A DNA stretch of 64,000 bases from Amphiscolops sp. MND2022. Lineage: Eukaryota. The translations under genes and the position numbers were made by a program. Location: assembly GCA_964187785.1 (NCBI GenBank), contig OZ076413.1, forward strand, positions 45,448,001 to 45,512,000. Direction: 5' to 3'. The notes under the pieces were generated by a model. The model was given only the letters and a program-made list of their open reading frames with translations. It was not told the DNA's origin and made no database searches. Shown here in pieces: positions 37,096 through 50,122 of this stretch. Every line of letters starts with the position of its first letter. Within the stretch, counting starts at the first letter, position 1.

Positions 37096-38953
37096 AAACA
37101 CACAACCATAAAAACCAACGACTGCTAACAGCAGTCATCAACAGCCTTTTCATCTGACCATAAAGGTAATTGTTTTACAATTACACCCTAGTACACCAAG
37201 CATTCAACAAACAATAGCGGAAATTCTGAACGACCTAACAAACACTCCAATTAACATGATTAAACGACCATTCCCTTCCGTTGTCGCTGTGTAAACTATT
37301 TAATTTATCAGCATCAACCACTAGCGGAACAAGCAAATGGTAAAGTAACGACTGCACACGCCTATCATTCCAACACTCGCGGTCCGGAAGTATATGTAGC
37401 GCGCAAAATTGCGAACGCTAATTTATTCAATTCGCACCAAACTTACCACATCTACAGTTGAAACGAAATATTCCACTTAGCGAACTGTCAAAACACCGCA
37501 AACGAAACGTGAACGAAAACAACGTTCCCAAAAAAAGCAACAAACTAACAATGATGATCTGCTGCCTGGCAAACGTTAGGACAACACAACCAATACTCCA
37601 CCTTTTTCACTTTAGACGCATAGTCCTGGCTGTGTGGGTGCGTCGTCAAAAAACGTGCTTGTGTGGTTGGTCATACATACAGATGAAGGTTGCTCTTTAG
37701 CAACTGGATTCAGTGTTAGTTTTGCATAGGTGGTTCCGACGGGAATTCACCTTTTCCAATGAACTAAACTTCCAAACAAAAAACCAAGCTCTAAAAGCTA
37801 ACAAAACACCGGTAAAAACAAGAACTTACCTACTCCTGAAAACAATGAACGCCCGGCCCCTTGAAACGTATCCTAAGATGCGAAAGACTCGCCTCAATAG
37901 GGAAAAGAATAACGAGTACGCGGCCCCAAAAAGCTACTTGACGACGAGACCTGAACATGTACATCCTTCTCAGCCTAACAAATTAGTAACACTGCAGTTA
38001 ACATTAGAACGCGCGATCTTGCCGATACACATCACGTATGATGACGTCCCAGGACACACATCAACGATGATGAGATCGAGTCCACAGGAACGCTACATGT
38101 AATATATCGAAACACACTAAAATACATGAAAATTAGTCCTTACGAACATTAACATAAACCTTACATGCACACCTAAAAAGTCATGCATCAAACCAAGGAT
38201 ACACTACTTGGAACTTCGGTCTTTGAAATGAGCGAGCTGCTCAGTCACGTACCTCGCGGCGCGGTGCTAAGGACCGTAGGCCACAGTCACCCTGTCTCGT
38301 TACCATCATCGAGCATTCACTAACAACGAATAGGAGGGCTTGACTTTCGAGTACCATGCACGGCACAGCTTGGCACGTGAACAATTTTTATGTTGGTGGT
38401 TACCGCGGTGACCACCATAACCAATACGAAACCTTCCATGAAATTCGCAAACAACGACATAACAATTAAGACGTAAGTTTACATGAAATCATAGCGAGGT
38501 ATGGGTGACCCCATACACACACTTAAGAACGACAAAGCTAGCCTAGCATCAAGCAGAAATGTAAAAACAAAAAACATCAGGAGTCAGCAGAAGCGCCATA
38601 CAATCTTAAGTCGCATGTAACACGACAAAAAACTACCCCTAGAGTAGCTTAGACTAACGAACAAAAACGACAAGTACATCCAGTCATCACAACATAACGA
38701 AAAAATTTCTTTCCTTTTTGGACACATGGAGAACTAGCGAAAAATCCACTTGTGACACCTTCGAAGCCTAGTACTAAGGAAAAATAACAGTACTGCGGTG
38801 ATAGCATCCACCAAAACTCAATTACCAAAAGAACTGAATACTAATAAACTACAGTACCGAAATGAGACAAAGTGACTAATTACAAAAACAAAACAAGGGG
38901 AATATATATCAGCAAACACAAAGAAGTTGGCAAAAAAGTTTACAGAGTTACTA

Positions 38954-41900
38954 CTAATACTCCTTTGAGCAGGAGGATCCATCCTCGTTGCTAGTTTCTT
39001 CGATAGTAAAAGAGCGCCGACGCGTCTGCCCTGCCCCTTCGCTGATGTGCGCCAATGTTTTCCGTCCTTTTTTATCGGGACGCCCTCCGGTTCTTTGGCC
39101 TCGATTACCTCCCTGCTCAGACGACTTCGAACTTGCAGCCTTCCGTTTCGATCCCGATGGACCCGGGGCAGGAGTTGACACGACAACCTCAGTCTGCAGA
39201 CGTGGCATCTGAGCTGCAGAGCCATTCACTTTAGCTGGACTTCGGCGACTGACGACAGGACTGGACTCCAGTGATCTCAGTTGATCACAAACAACTGATC
39301 GGTAGTCATCGACAACAGGCCGAGACGGGAGACCCCCAGTTGATTCCAGAACTGCAATTGACCGACTGAGCAGTTCATCTGCATCACGTTTGACCAACTG
39401 ATCCCACGGGATAGACCGAACACTGTCATTCAACCGGGAAGCCTGCATATCCGTGGAGTTACAATGACGGACAAAGCCAATCATTGAGAGACGAGAATGT
39501 CCGACAAATCCGCTCGACATCCAGCTCCTCACGAGATGCAAACTGGATAGCATGATGCCTTTCTCCAGCACTGTACTGCCGACATCACAAAAATCGATTC
39601 GATAATCATCATGCAACATCCCGACGAACAGAACCTCGATGACGCCACGCAACTCTGGGCACCGGTCCCATGAGGGGTTCGACAGCCATAAGGAAACGGC
39701 ATCTTCGATAACCGGCACAGTTGCGACGATCGATTCCCACCGGCGTTGGAAGTAACTAACTGCTTCTCGGTACTGCTGCACGATAATAGCTCCATTATCC
39801 CCACTACACAAATCCCCGAAACTGAGGACGGACAACGTACCCACTAAGAGGTCTGTCAGGCGATCCATAGAACAGGACTGTATGGCACAAGGATCGAAGG
39901 GCAGTAAGCTAAGGTGTCTCACCCACCCCTGGTCGAAGTCAGCAACACATGCCTCACAAACAGAGCGCAGGAAGTTTTGTACCTCTTTGTAGAAAAAAGG
40001 CTTTTGGCTACTAATGTCCCAACGGAAATACTGCCCAAACAAGGCCTGATAACGTGCCTTGTCAACAGGGACGCTCTCATTGATCTTCAGCTTCAGGACA
40101 GCCAAGACCTCGAACTCTGGCGGGATCGTCTCGGGATTGACCACCATTGACAACAAAACACGCAAAAAGGCTGCCAGCTCTCTCTCGAACCAGAGATTAC
40201 GGTCCCTGCCACTGCTGCACAGCCGAGGGCACTTCGCTACAACTAAAACACAAAACCGATTATCAACCAACGTGCCGACAACTCACACACACCCACGTAA
40301 GAACCAGGATGCCAAGACCGAACTGAACAAAGGACACACAAGAACCCTCACAGAAACAACCAAAAACAAGAACGAATAAACATCAATACTAACCAGTCTC
40401 CGCTAGAAACTTCAGGACAGCAAAGCGGGGTCGCGTCATAGCGTCATTGAAAACCTGGGTTTCCATGCTCGCAATGTTCGACGTCTCAGCACTAGTGTTC
40501 GCCCGATGGACCCCAAAGTACGCCCCCAGGTCATCCCACCGCTCGACCAACTCCGCACTCAGTGTAGACAACTCCCGAAACTGATTGACGCCACCACGCA
40601 CGAACTAAAACAGTGATATCAGGAAAATTAAACCAATAAACCACACAGCAAGAAACAACACACCACTAATTACTCAAGCCAGGAAGAAGCAAAGTAGACC
40701 TCCACCTTCGACCCCCCCCTCCTACAAGAAAGAAGCAGACCAACCAACATAACATAAAGCAAAACGAACAAACCTCGCGTAGTCCAGGCATATTATCGAA
40801 GGCCGAGTCTTCAATCACCGCTGCCAATCGAAAACGAAAGTATTCTAGAATGCTGAATGGTTCCAGCCCACTCGATTCCTCAATGAATTTTCGACGCAAC
40901 AGATCTGTGAGCCACTCAGCATCGAAACGACGGGTGACAAGAGGCATAGCTGGATGCGCAACACTGGCAAGGGCACGTCCCAAACGTAGATTCCCGCCCA
41001 CACTCACTGCAGCTAGACCTCGGTATGACTCCACACAAGACAGCAGAGACATAACGACCTTGAGAAGGGATCGTTCCCACTCGCTCCCGCCGGGATCACG
41101 GCCAGCACAACAACTTTCACTGACAGTCCATCAAAAATATGGCAATCCAGCCTCCGCATAGCCCCATCGACGTGGACATGTAGCCCAAAGCGCACCCCTG
41201 AGGACAGCAGGTCACCAAGCTTCTCAACCACAAACGGATATAATCCGTACAAGACAAGACTCTAAAACAAAAAACAACAATGATACACCCTATCAATCAC
41301 GCAACCATCCAACAACAACACACAAACAAGCAAAATACAACACAACACCTAGCTGTAGAAGAAACGCAAGACAACAACAAAGAAAAGGTATTACCTGACA
41401 CTTAGGGTATGACAGTGCACGCTCAGCAAACTCGACTTCACCCCGCATACTGCCTGACCATGACTCGACGAAGCGGGTCACACTGGCAAAGTCACGCAAC
41501 TCCACAAAACCATTAATGAAGCAGCATAGCCAAAGGTATGCTGCACTCGTCTCAGCCAATTTCGGTTTTGCGCCAGCAGCCTCCTCCTCGATCTCGATGG
41601 CCACGCGCTCCTCAACGGTCAATCTAAACTCGGACTCCAGAATGACAGGGGGCTCCGACATTCTTTCTGCCCGGATCCTCCGGTCCTCCTCTACTGAAAC
41701 AGGCCTGCACGACTTGTCCAACAGGGGCCTATTGGACATGATACGAAAACGCTGCTCGAGGCGAGTGTGCTCTCGCCCCTTCCAGTGGTCCCACAAGTTG
41801 TGGAGCCCACGTCCCGCAATGCTGAGGTCTACCCGGCACAAACGACATCTAGCATAGCCATCGATGACGCGCTTGTGTCTTGGGAAACCAACAAAGGTCC

Positions 41901-43194
41901 CCACGACGCCGGAGACAAAGAAGGACGGCTTTAGCGTCTTGATCGCACGTTTTCGCCCTGTAAATACAAGAAATACCAATTGACATAACATCAATAACAC
42001 CCGTTAGAAACTTACAAAAACTCCAAAAAAAAACAAACAAAAAAAAACTGTGTTTGTACTTAGTCCTTAGTTAACTACCAACCCCCCCCCAAATTACTAC
42101 TAAAACCCCGTCGCATGATCTTGTGAGATTCATTACCAGGTTTTGAAGTCGTCGCAACGCCAGAGGAAGATGGAGCACCAGATGGAGCCACACTCCGTTC
42201 ACCGAAGTCTGATGGCGGCACGTCCGAGTCCACACATGTCCGGCGACTCTCAAATCCAGCTACACTGCCAGCGACAGATGACGAACGCGGAAGAACATCA
42301 CCCACACAAGGAGAGAATGGCGATTGACCGAGTTCCTGCAGTGCCCCCTTCAGTTTTCCAAGGAACTCCTCAACGGCGAGAGCACCCACCGTTCCTAGCT
42401 TGCCAAGGCTTGATTCAACAGCTGCCTTGACCCACTGTTGAATTTCTCGTTCCACACGTTGGAACAACTCCGTGAACTGGCCCACAATGACGTCAGCCCG
42501 AACGTTGGCATCTACAAAGCAACCAACAATTTTCAGCACCTACTTAGAACCGAACGAACGAAGACGCCTATCATCAACTGAGTAGAGAACAGCAACCGTA
42601 TACTGCAGGCGCTGGTATGGAAGAAGACCCCCCCAACATATAACTTAGCTTAACAGTAAACGCAAATGCACCCACCGAGATGCGAAGAGAGGAAAGCATC
42701 CAAACGACGCAAGATGGGAGCAGAATCCAAATCAGCACTCCCGGAGGACCCAGTAGCCACGGAAGATCGAAACTGACGCAAGTAGGAGACTAACTCGGTC
42801 ATGTTGACATCAGCTACAAAAATAGTGAACAGTCTCAACAACAGAGATGACATAGACGCTCCAGTTGTTCTGGGATCAGCATCCACGGAACGCAACCCCA
42901 CGACAGAATAACTCAGGCCTAGCTCTTATGGAGAAAGTAAATGTAAAACCAGTACTTACCAAATTCCTGGGAAAGCACGACATCCAACAAGCAACCCAGA
43001 TCCCCAACGTTTGACGCAGAAACCCGCGCAGCGAACTGGCAACACTGATTGTTCTCCATCAGCACTGCAGATAAATCCAGTCCACTCCCACTCTCATCTA
43101 ACGGGGGATTACCTGCAGCCATTTGGTCCTCGACTTCAGCAACTAATGCAGAGAGCTCACCACTAAAGGATAAAACTCCTTCTTCATCGGACAT
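38954..43194 (-). CDS. Element B antisense spliced gene, zinc-finger / hAT-transposase-derived protein (~1,100 aa; one frameshift ~41068)
   Basis: Predicted exons 43194-42960, 42813-42676, 42511-42137, 41957-41395, 41261-40774, 40604-40394, 40242-38954; all GT-AG with consistent phases; CRLC...HWKGREH finger; homologous to the element A gene. Confidence 0.82.
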
Positions 43195-43989
43195 TGTCGG
43201 AGCGATAAGGTAACACACGACACGATCGGGGATAACAATAAAATGGCGACGGCGACTCGACTGCAACAGCTCATTCTTCCATTTCTTATTGTTATAGACT
43301 GATCACCTATATCAATATATAATGGACACCTAACCCACCCTATCAAACGGTCTACCCAAGTAATTACCGGACATTCGCGGAATCATATTCACGACTCCAC
43401 CCACAGGATATCAAATGCTAATCAGCAGAGAGAACGCAGTCAAGTTTTCCCTAGCCATAACAGTACATATATTCCCTCCCGAGTTAACCGCCTAATCGAT
43501 ACCCGGAAAATACAGGACTAACTGGGAAAAACAAAAATCGCACTACCTTTATTATTGTGGAAGAATGAGCAACACCAACGGTTGACAAAACGAAGATGGA
43601 TAAGGACAAGTATAAACAGGACCAAATTCAATTTTAAAAGCAATAAAGCAAGCAACTGACTCACTCTACAACAACGCAACAAATCAATCAACTGCCGATG
43701 ATCGATGAAAAGTTGCTTAAACAAACATTACACTCTATGCGCACTAAACGGATGACGTGGCTGTCAAACTGTTACTATAAATAAACTTCAACTTCCGACT
43801 ACCCACTGTTTGCCTACCTCACCTTGTCCATTCATGCTTCCGAAAGTCTCAGCCACTACATTGCCACCCACACGTTCTTCCATACCTCGCACGCCACTTC
43901 AGCCGCTGTTCAATTCTAAACTCAACCACCTACTACCACTCAACTCAGTCGTTCACCTTTCCCATTACCCCTACAGCTCGCTCTCTCTC

Positions 43990-44003
43990 AAAAAGGGGGG
44001 GAA
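43990..44003 (+). other. Element B polypurine tract AAAAAGGGGGGGAA
   Basis: Purine run abutting the TG of the 3' LTR. Confidence 0.92.
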
Positions 44004-45141
44004 TGTCATGCCTGCCAAGCATGAAGGAAATAAATGAACCCTAAAATACCAATTCATACATCAAACTCCCTAAAATACAAATCATCATGTAAATACATTA
44101 CAGTAATTTAATTGCCGAACAATACAGTTGAACACATAACGACTGAAACCAACAATCATCCATTCATGTTATTGTGCATCGTTTAAACATCCATCCATGT
44201 TATTGTGCATCGTTTAAAAACCAGGACTGGAATATCCAGTCATTGCAGATGATTTATACATGTACGACTGAAACAATCAGTCATCAGCTATCGTGATGGT
44301 GCATCATTTAACCATTGTTTTTTACACTTTTTATATTACATGTAAAGTATTACTAGAATACTCAATCATTTCACAACATTTCGTCTATTTATAGCAGTAA
44401 TTAGTGCAGTACCCATTAGTAAATTACTTCAAAACGATATTTAAAGCAGTCACTATGATGATAAGGATACACGGTAGTAAAGCCTCAGTTTAAGAGGTAA
44501 TTGAGTTAATCGAACACGGAAATGACTGGTGCTTGCGGTCATACTACATCAAACAAGAGTAATTAAACACCTATTATCACCCGCGACGACTGGTAGTTGC
44601 AGTCGTCAAGTGCAATTAAACAACAATTAGTAGATTGAACGTCATTGGCTAAAAGGGAAGGTGCTAACACACTTTTATAATTACTCAATCGGGCAATACC
44701 GAACAGACACGAATTGTAACTTCTGACGAGACAAGTTGCTTACTACCGTATCTTGAAATCACCAATTCTTACTTAAACCTAACACACTTCAATTCAAACT
44801 TATAGTCTCCAACCTCTTTATGGTAACTACCAGATTCCAAAGTAATCAAAATAGACAGACAGAAAACGGAATTATGGACAGGTCAAGCGATAGTGAAAAC
44901 GAAACTAGTTTCCCTGATGTCTTATCGAGAGATCAAATTGCTGACCTTGACTCTGAGGACGTATTAACCAGGCGTCAGAATAACAATAACTATGACATAG
45001 ATTATCGGTTTAACGAAATAAATAGACAAATCGGAGACCTTACGGACATTGTACTTAGTTTAACTAATCAGTTAGCCTCCGTTAATGGAGAAGGGAACAG
45101 ACTTAATGCGGTTACTACCAATACCAACAGTCGTTCCGACA
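44004..45141 (+). repeat. Element B 3' LTR
   Basis: Direct repeat of 29933-31070; followed by TSD CCATA; carries the Gag N-terminal ORF starting at 44820. Confidence 0.97.
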
Positions 45142-46199
45142 CCATAGAAGGTATCTTGCGGGGATTGCCGTTAAATTCAAGCACTCTAATAGTTTAAAAT
45201 GAACTCACGCATCTGATTCACGTCAAAGCTGCCCTCATGCATATTCCGTGCACAAATTATTGCCGGATAATTTGTCAAAAACGTCATCACTCACTCAATA
45301 AAAGTTGGAATACGTGCATGTACGTGGGGTGGAATCCTGCGTTGGGACAAAAACGTTTTTGATAGCAAAAGTAGAGTGGAGACCCAAGGGTCCCCTTCCT
45401 TGGGTTTTTCGCCCCTGTGCGACTTTGGTTTTTTTTTATTTCTCATGGGTATCCCTTCAGGTATTTTTCGACACTGTATACTTTATAAAAATCTCCAGAT
45501 ATTACACAAGCTTTATTCTTTTAGAAACTTGAGCGCGACGTCGACTTGGGCCGGCTGTTATACAATAAGACGATAAAATGCTCTAGTTCACATTTTTGAT
45601 TTCATCCGTATGGCTCCATATGTCGTATCAGGAGAGTAGGATCGATTTTTTGTACCATTCCCATTTCCGAACTACTTATTATTTTGGAATTGTATTCCTT
45701 CTTAACCGGACGAAGGCAATGAAACAACTCACTTTTATGATGCGAGTTTGTAACTATGTTTGTGGATATGCATGAATTACTTTTTAAATCAGTTGAGACT
45801 TTTCAATTTAAAAAATCCTTTCAAACTGTCTTCGACAACTTGAAGAGTTGGAAGGTGTTTGATGTTCTATTTCAGCTTCGTTATGCAAAAATTAGAAATT
45901 CTTTTAAAATCTTTATTTCACCTAGACTCCATAGTTACTGAAATCTAATGACGACGATTCTCACAAAACTAATCTATCTTACACATTGTATATAAAAACT
46001 TATCAACATAAATGGAATTTTTCACAGATTGTTGATATTGCTCAATTTCAGTTTTGATTGACATGTCACTGAACTGAATGATTTCAGACTCGGTATTACA
46101 CCATATAACGCCTTGTCGTCATCAACTCTTTTGACGGCCCGACATCGGGCTTTTCTTCCTTTCAAAATCCAAAGGCCTCAGGAAGTTCCCCAAAAGGTT

Positions 46200-47570
46200 C
46201 ACTCGGCTAGTTTCTAAACAGATTGATAATATTCCAAGAGTTCTTTGTATAGAAAACCCCGCGTATCTACTGGCTTGTTTGAATTCTCTGTTTGATCTTC
46301 TAACAAGTATAGTTTAAGTTGTTATCGTTTTTTTTTGTTTCTCACCGTCGGTATGATGGTTCAGTTCATCTTCGGGACGTATATAAATCGTTTTTTTATC
46401 GGTTCTTTTCAGACGGCTTGTCCATTTCAAAAGTTTCTTCGTCTTGCTCGTCTATCTCCCGTTCTCAGGAAGTCACAGTCTGTTTTCCGGATGCAGTTTT
46501 GTATTATTTAAGCTTACCATTCAGTATATTGCTCAGTATCTTGCTCCACTGAAAGTAGTTTCCGTCCACACTACGAATTCGATGCCGACTTTCCGCTGTT
46601 ATTTTGCAACCAATTTGGGGTGTCATTTTGCTTTTTGTTGCTCCTAAACAGATTCGGTCCCGCAACAGGTTTTCAGGGAATCAATTTTTCATTTTTGGTA
46701 GTGACAGTGTATTTAGTTCTGCTTACCGCGGTTTGTATTTGTTCGGAATTTCCCCTCTAATGATCTTCTGTCGTAGTTTTTGTCTCTCAATTGAAAAGCG
46801 TGTCCAATACTTTAAAATTCCTGTTTCTATTTGTTCTCCACCGTTTTTTCGGCTATGATTTTTCAATTACCAGATAATTTGAGACATTGCACTCTCCCTG
46901 TCTGGTGACGTAAATTAGTATCTTTTTCTCCATCCGGATCGGTAATTCGGACCAATCAGAAAGACTTGATTTGCCATCTTTAATTAGATTTGTCAAACCA
47001 GTTGTCAGTTGTTTACCGTGATGTTATTCGAATAGTGTTACTTTTAATCCTGTGTGAATGGTGAACCGCATTACCCTTTATGCTCGAATGAATGCTCCAC
47101 CTTAATCCGTTTTTTCCGGTACTGTGTACACCTTGAAATTTTGTGAGTTAATGTCTTCTTTGGTTTAGGAGGTTTTATAATATTTCAAGGTCGACTATTT
47201 GCTAAACCTGTACACTGCCATAAATAATTGGTTCCCACCACTCAATTTTTGTTTTGTAATTTGCTAGAAAAATCTATTGGGATTGCTTTTCCCGTTTCGA
47301 TGAGTGTTTTTATTTTTCCGCAAACGTTTCCGTTTCTTAGTAACACAATTTCTTACCCGATGCTAGGTACTCAGTGCAGTTTTTCACTAGTCCTTCGATT
47401 TCTCGACTGATATTTAGCCACCAGAAAGTTTTGGCTTGGGATGCCATCTTTGTGGTCCCTGCATGGCCGAAATGTAATGTGTCCAGCAATTTCCTCCGTA
47501 GTTTGGTAGGTACAATAATTTTGTCGTTTGTAAAGGTCAGTCCCCACTTCATGCCGTCAAATTGTTGTCA
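46200..47570 (-). pseudogene. Degenerate Gypsy integrase fragment (different family)
   Basis: KIIVPTKLRRKLLDTLHFGHAGTTKM...FWW...VKNCTEY integrase zinc-binding region at 47337-47552; left limit approximate. Confidence 0.7.
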
Positions 47571-49237
47571 GTAGTGCTTTGCAGTTTTTAACGTGACTGA
47601 AGTTGATTTGCATGGAAATGGCGGTAAAGTTGATGATGTCTCAACTGCATTTAAATATAGAATTTTGGCATTATAAAACTTGTAAAACTTCGTGCCTGCA
47701 AAAACTATTATGAATAGTTTAGGCTCTGATTTACTTAAATTTTGATGCATGGAAGTTTCACTGACAGTCTTATAAAATGATGGTAAATCAGTTTGGCAAC
47801 CTACAACAATTTGTAAAGGGTTCAAGCTGTTTCAACAAGGGCAGGCATGCTCACTTCTCAGGGAGACTTGTTCTTCACTCGAGCCGAATCATAGTTAGCT
47901 CGCCATTAGTTGCCAAGAATGGGGATTGTGGCAATGTTTACTCGTTTTCGATAGAATGATGAATTAACGTTTTTAAATGATTTCGAAGGAAAACTTCTGG
48001 AAAACATTGGATTCACTTGGTTAAAAGAATCAACTCCCAAAACCAAAAGAAAATAACGTTCCAGATTTTTCTGGAACTAAAGTCTTAAAAAAGGGCTTCC
48101 AGGTATTCCAAGGAATTCTTCTCCAAAGTGAAAATCGATTACAAAATATGTTTTTGAAAAAATATATACATATATATGACTCAACCTTCGTGAAAACCAG
48201 CCAATTGACCGGTAATGGCGGCGCCCCATTCGCTCATGCGTAGAGGGTACGTATGACAGGGTCTTATCGCTATTGCCTTCTTTGGACGTTGTTTACTATC
48301 GAACTTTTTGAGCGTTATTTTTTGACCGGACGGTAAAAAACGTTATGTACCAATTTACCCACCCCTTTTACAACATGAAAAAGTGTCTGCTGTCTAGCAC
48401 CGGAAATTTAGTTTTTCCCCAAAAATAGCAATCAAATTAGCTGTAAAATTTTTGAAGGCGCTTACAAACTGTGTTTATCCTTGGTTTGCATTGATTTGTG
48501 AGGATTTTCATCAGACCTCGAATGTTCCATCTATTTTAAGCTTCTCATAAAAATGCCAAGTTTGCTTTTTCCAGTTCCGTAACTGGGAATACTTTAATCA
48601 ATTCAATTTAAAAATCCACCTGAGTCAATCTTGGCGGAATAATTCTAGTCATGATCATTAAACTGTTCAAAACTGCATGTTCCTTAAATTTCTCTTGCCT
48701 CATAAATATGATTTAAAAATCCCCTTGAAGCCTATGATTAAAACTTCCTCAATCCGCAATTTGCAATTGTACCGATTTACAATTTTCGGAGCCATTAATC
48801 CACATTGTTCCCCGCAACCATCTAATCAACATTTGGGCACATTTAGTAACCATTATTCAGTATTTGAGTTATTCAGCTCGTCGAAGACTTCGTTGTTGGT
48901 GCATCTATTTGTTTGTTGTTTGCAAACAAGTCATTTGTCGAAGCCTCGTTTCAACTGAGCTCTTTTATCCTCGACCAAACTGAAAACGTTCAGAGACATT
49001 TCAATTAACCATATTAGGTCTTGGCAAGTGATCTTACTGCAGTTTGGTGCATAAAAACAGGAAGAGAAGCCTGAACACCCAGCTCAAATTTTATTCCATT
49101 TTTTGAATCCAACAAGTTTATTGCTACCTCGATTTCTGCAGCATTATCAATTGCTGACAAAGCTTTTGTACCGCCTCTTGAGTTTAATTTGACGTCAGAG
49201 CTTACGTAATACATCACGTGATCAGGAGGTTTTTGAA

Positions 49238-49300
49238 ATGTCGCAGACACGGCTGCAGCAAACGCAACAACAAGTCGATGAAGTTGTACAGATCATGAGC
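49238..49300 (+). CDS. VAMP: Probable first coding exon of a synaptobrevin/VAMP (R-SNARE) gene
   Basis: Translates MSQTRLQQTQQQVDEVVQIMS followed by a GTTAGT donor; matches the conserved RLQQTQAQVDEVVDIMR motif. Downstream exons were not located. Confidence 0.75.
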
Positions 49301-49645
49301 GTTAGTTCTTTCAAGTTCATAATATGATTGATAGATCCATCATGTGTCTCCACCCAAAGTCTTGAGTCTTCAAAGCCGTACTTTTTGAAAACAAGACTGG
49401 AAATCTTTCGATTTTTCTGTCAATCATTTAGAGTGAAGCTCTTATTACGTAATGAAGTCTTCAACTAAGGATGGTTCGAACCATGAAAAAAGAGAGAGTT
49501 TATTTTTTATAAACGTTTTTTATTTAAGAAAAATGTTGACTTGAATGGTTGACAACCGAATGGTTTACAGTTCATTTTACACATATTTGACACTTCAAGA
49601 GCTGCAAAAGTTCTAAACGTTCCATTTTTTGTTCACCCAGTGGTA

Positions 49646-50122
49646 TTTTTAGTCGGCGCTTCATGAAGTGAAACGCGACTATTATAGTGACTTTTTTTCA
49701 ATCCACACGAACTGACCAAAATAGTTCTACAAAATTTCTAATAAATTATGGTGTCAAATTGAATCATTTCGCTCAGCGAACTGAACCAAAAAGGTTTTTC
49801 CTGTTTTTCCGCGTAACATACAGCACCGGGCGAGACTAAAGGGCCCCTTTCAGTTTTTTTCGGCAACATGACTGTGAGACTTTTTTTTCGAAAAAAAATT
49901 TACCCAAAGGCTCCCCTTTTCAATTTTTTTGATGCTTTGCAACAATGGATGTTAAAAATTCCGGAAGGGTCCCCCCTTCTAGCGCGCTAGGGTTTGGGTT
50001 TTTCGTGAATTTGATACTCTTTTCGTGAGTTTGATACTTTGAGTTTTTTGACACTTTCATGTCCTTTTGCTATTTTTGAGCCTTAGATATGGCGCCGACT
50101 TATGCCGTTCCCGGCTTGTTTT
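49646..50122 (+). mobile_element. HINE/DINE-like element, copy 3
   Basis: Sub-TIRs AGTCGGCGC (49651-49659) and GCGCCGACT (50092-50100); hairpin GCCG-TTCC-CGGC (50104-50115); T-runs at both ends. Confidence 0.75.

Larger units (their letters stand above)
29933..45141 (+). mobile_element. Ty3/Gypsy LTR retrotransposon, element B (15,209 bp, full length, recent)
   Basis: Two 1138-bp LTRs (TGTC...GACA, 3 substitutions seen by eye), TSD CCATA at 29928-29932 and 45142-45146, PBS, PPT, open gag and pol. Confidence 0.97.

Noticed and set aside
37458..38102. Small sense ORFs downstream of pol B
   Set aside because: Non-ATG starts and no recognisable motifs.
38954..43194. Independent DNA transposon or host gene nested in element B
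   Set aside because: No TIRs or TSD seen around it, and a homologue with shared introns occupies the same position and orientation in element A.
43810..44037. Short ORF crossing the PPT of B as a counterpart of the A accessory ORF
   Set aside because: Only 75 codons, low complexity, no similarity to the A protein.
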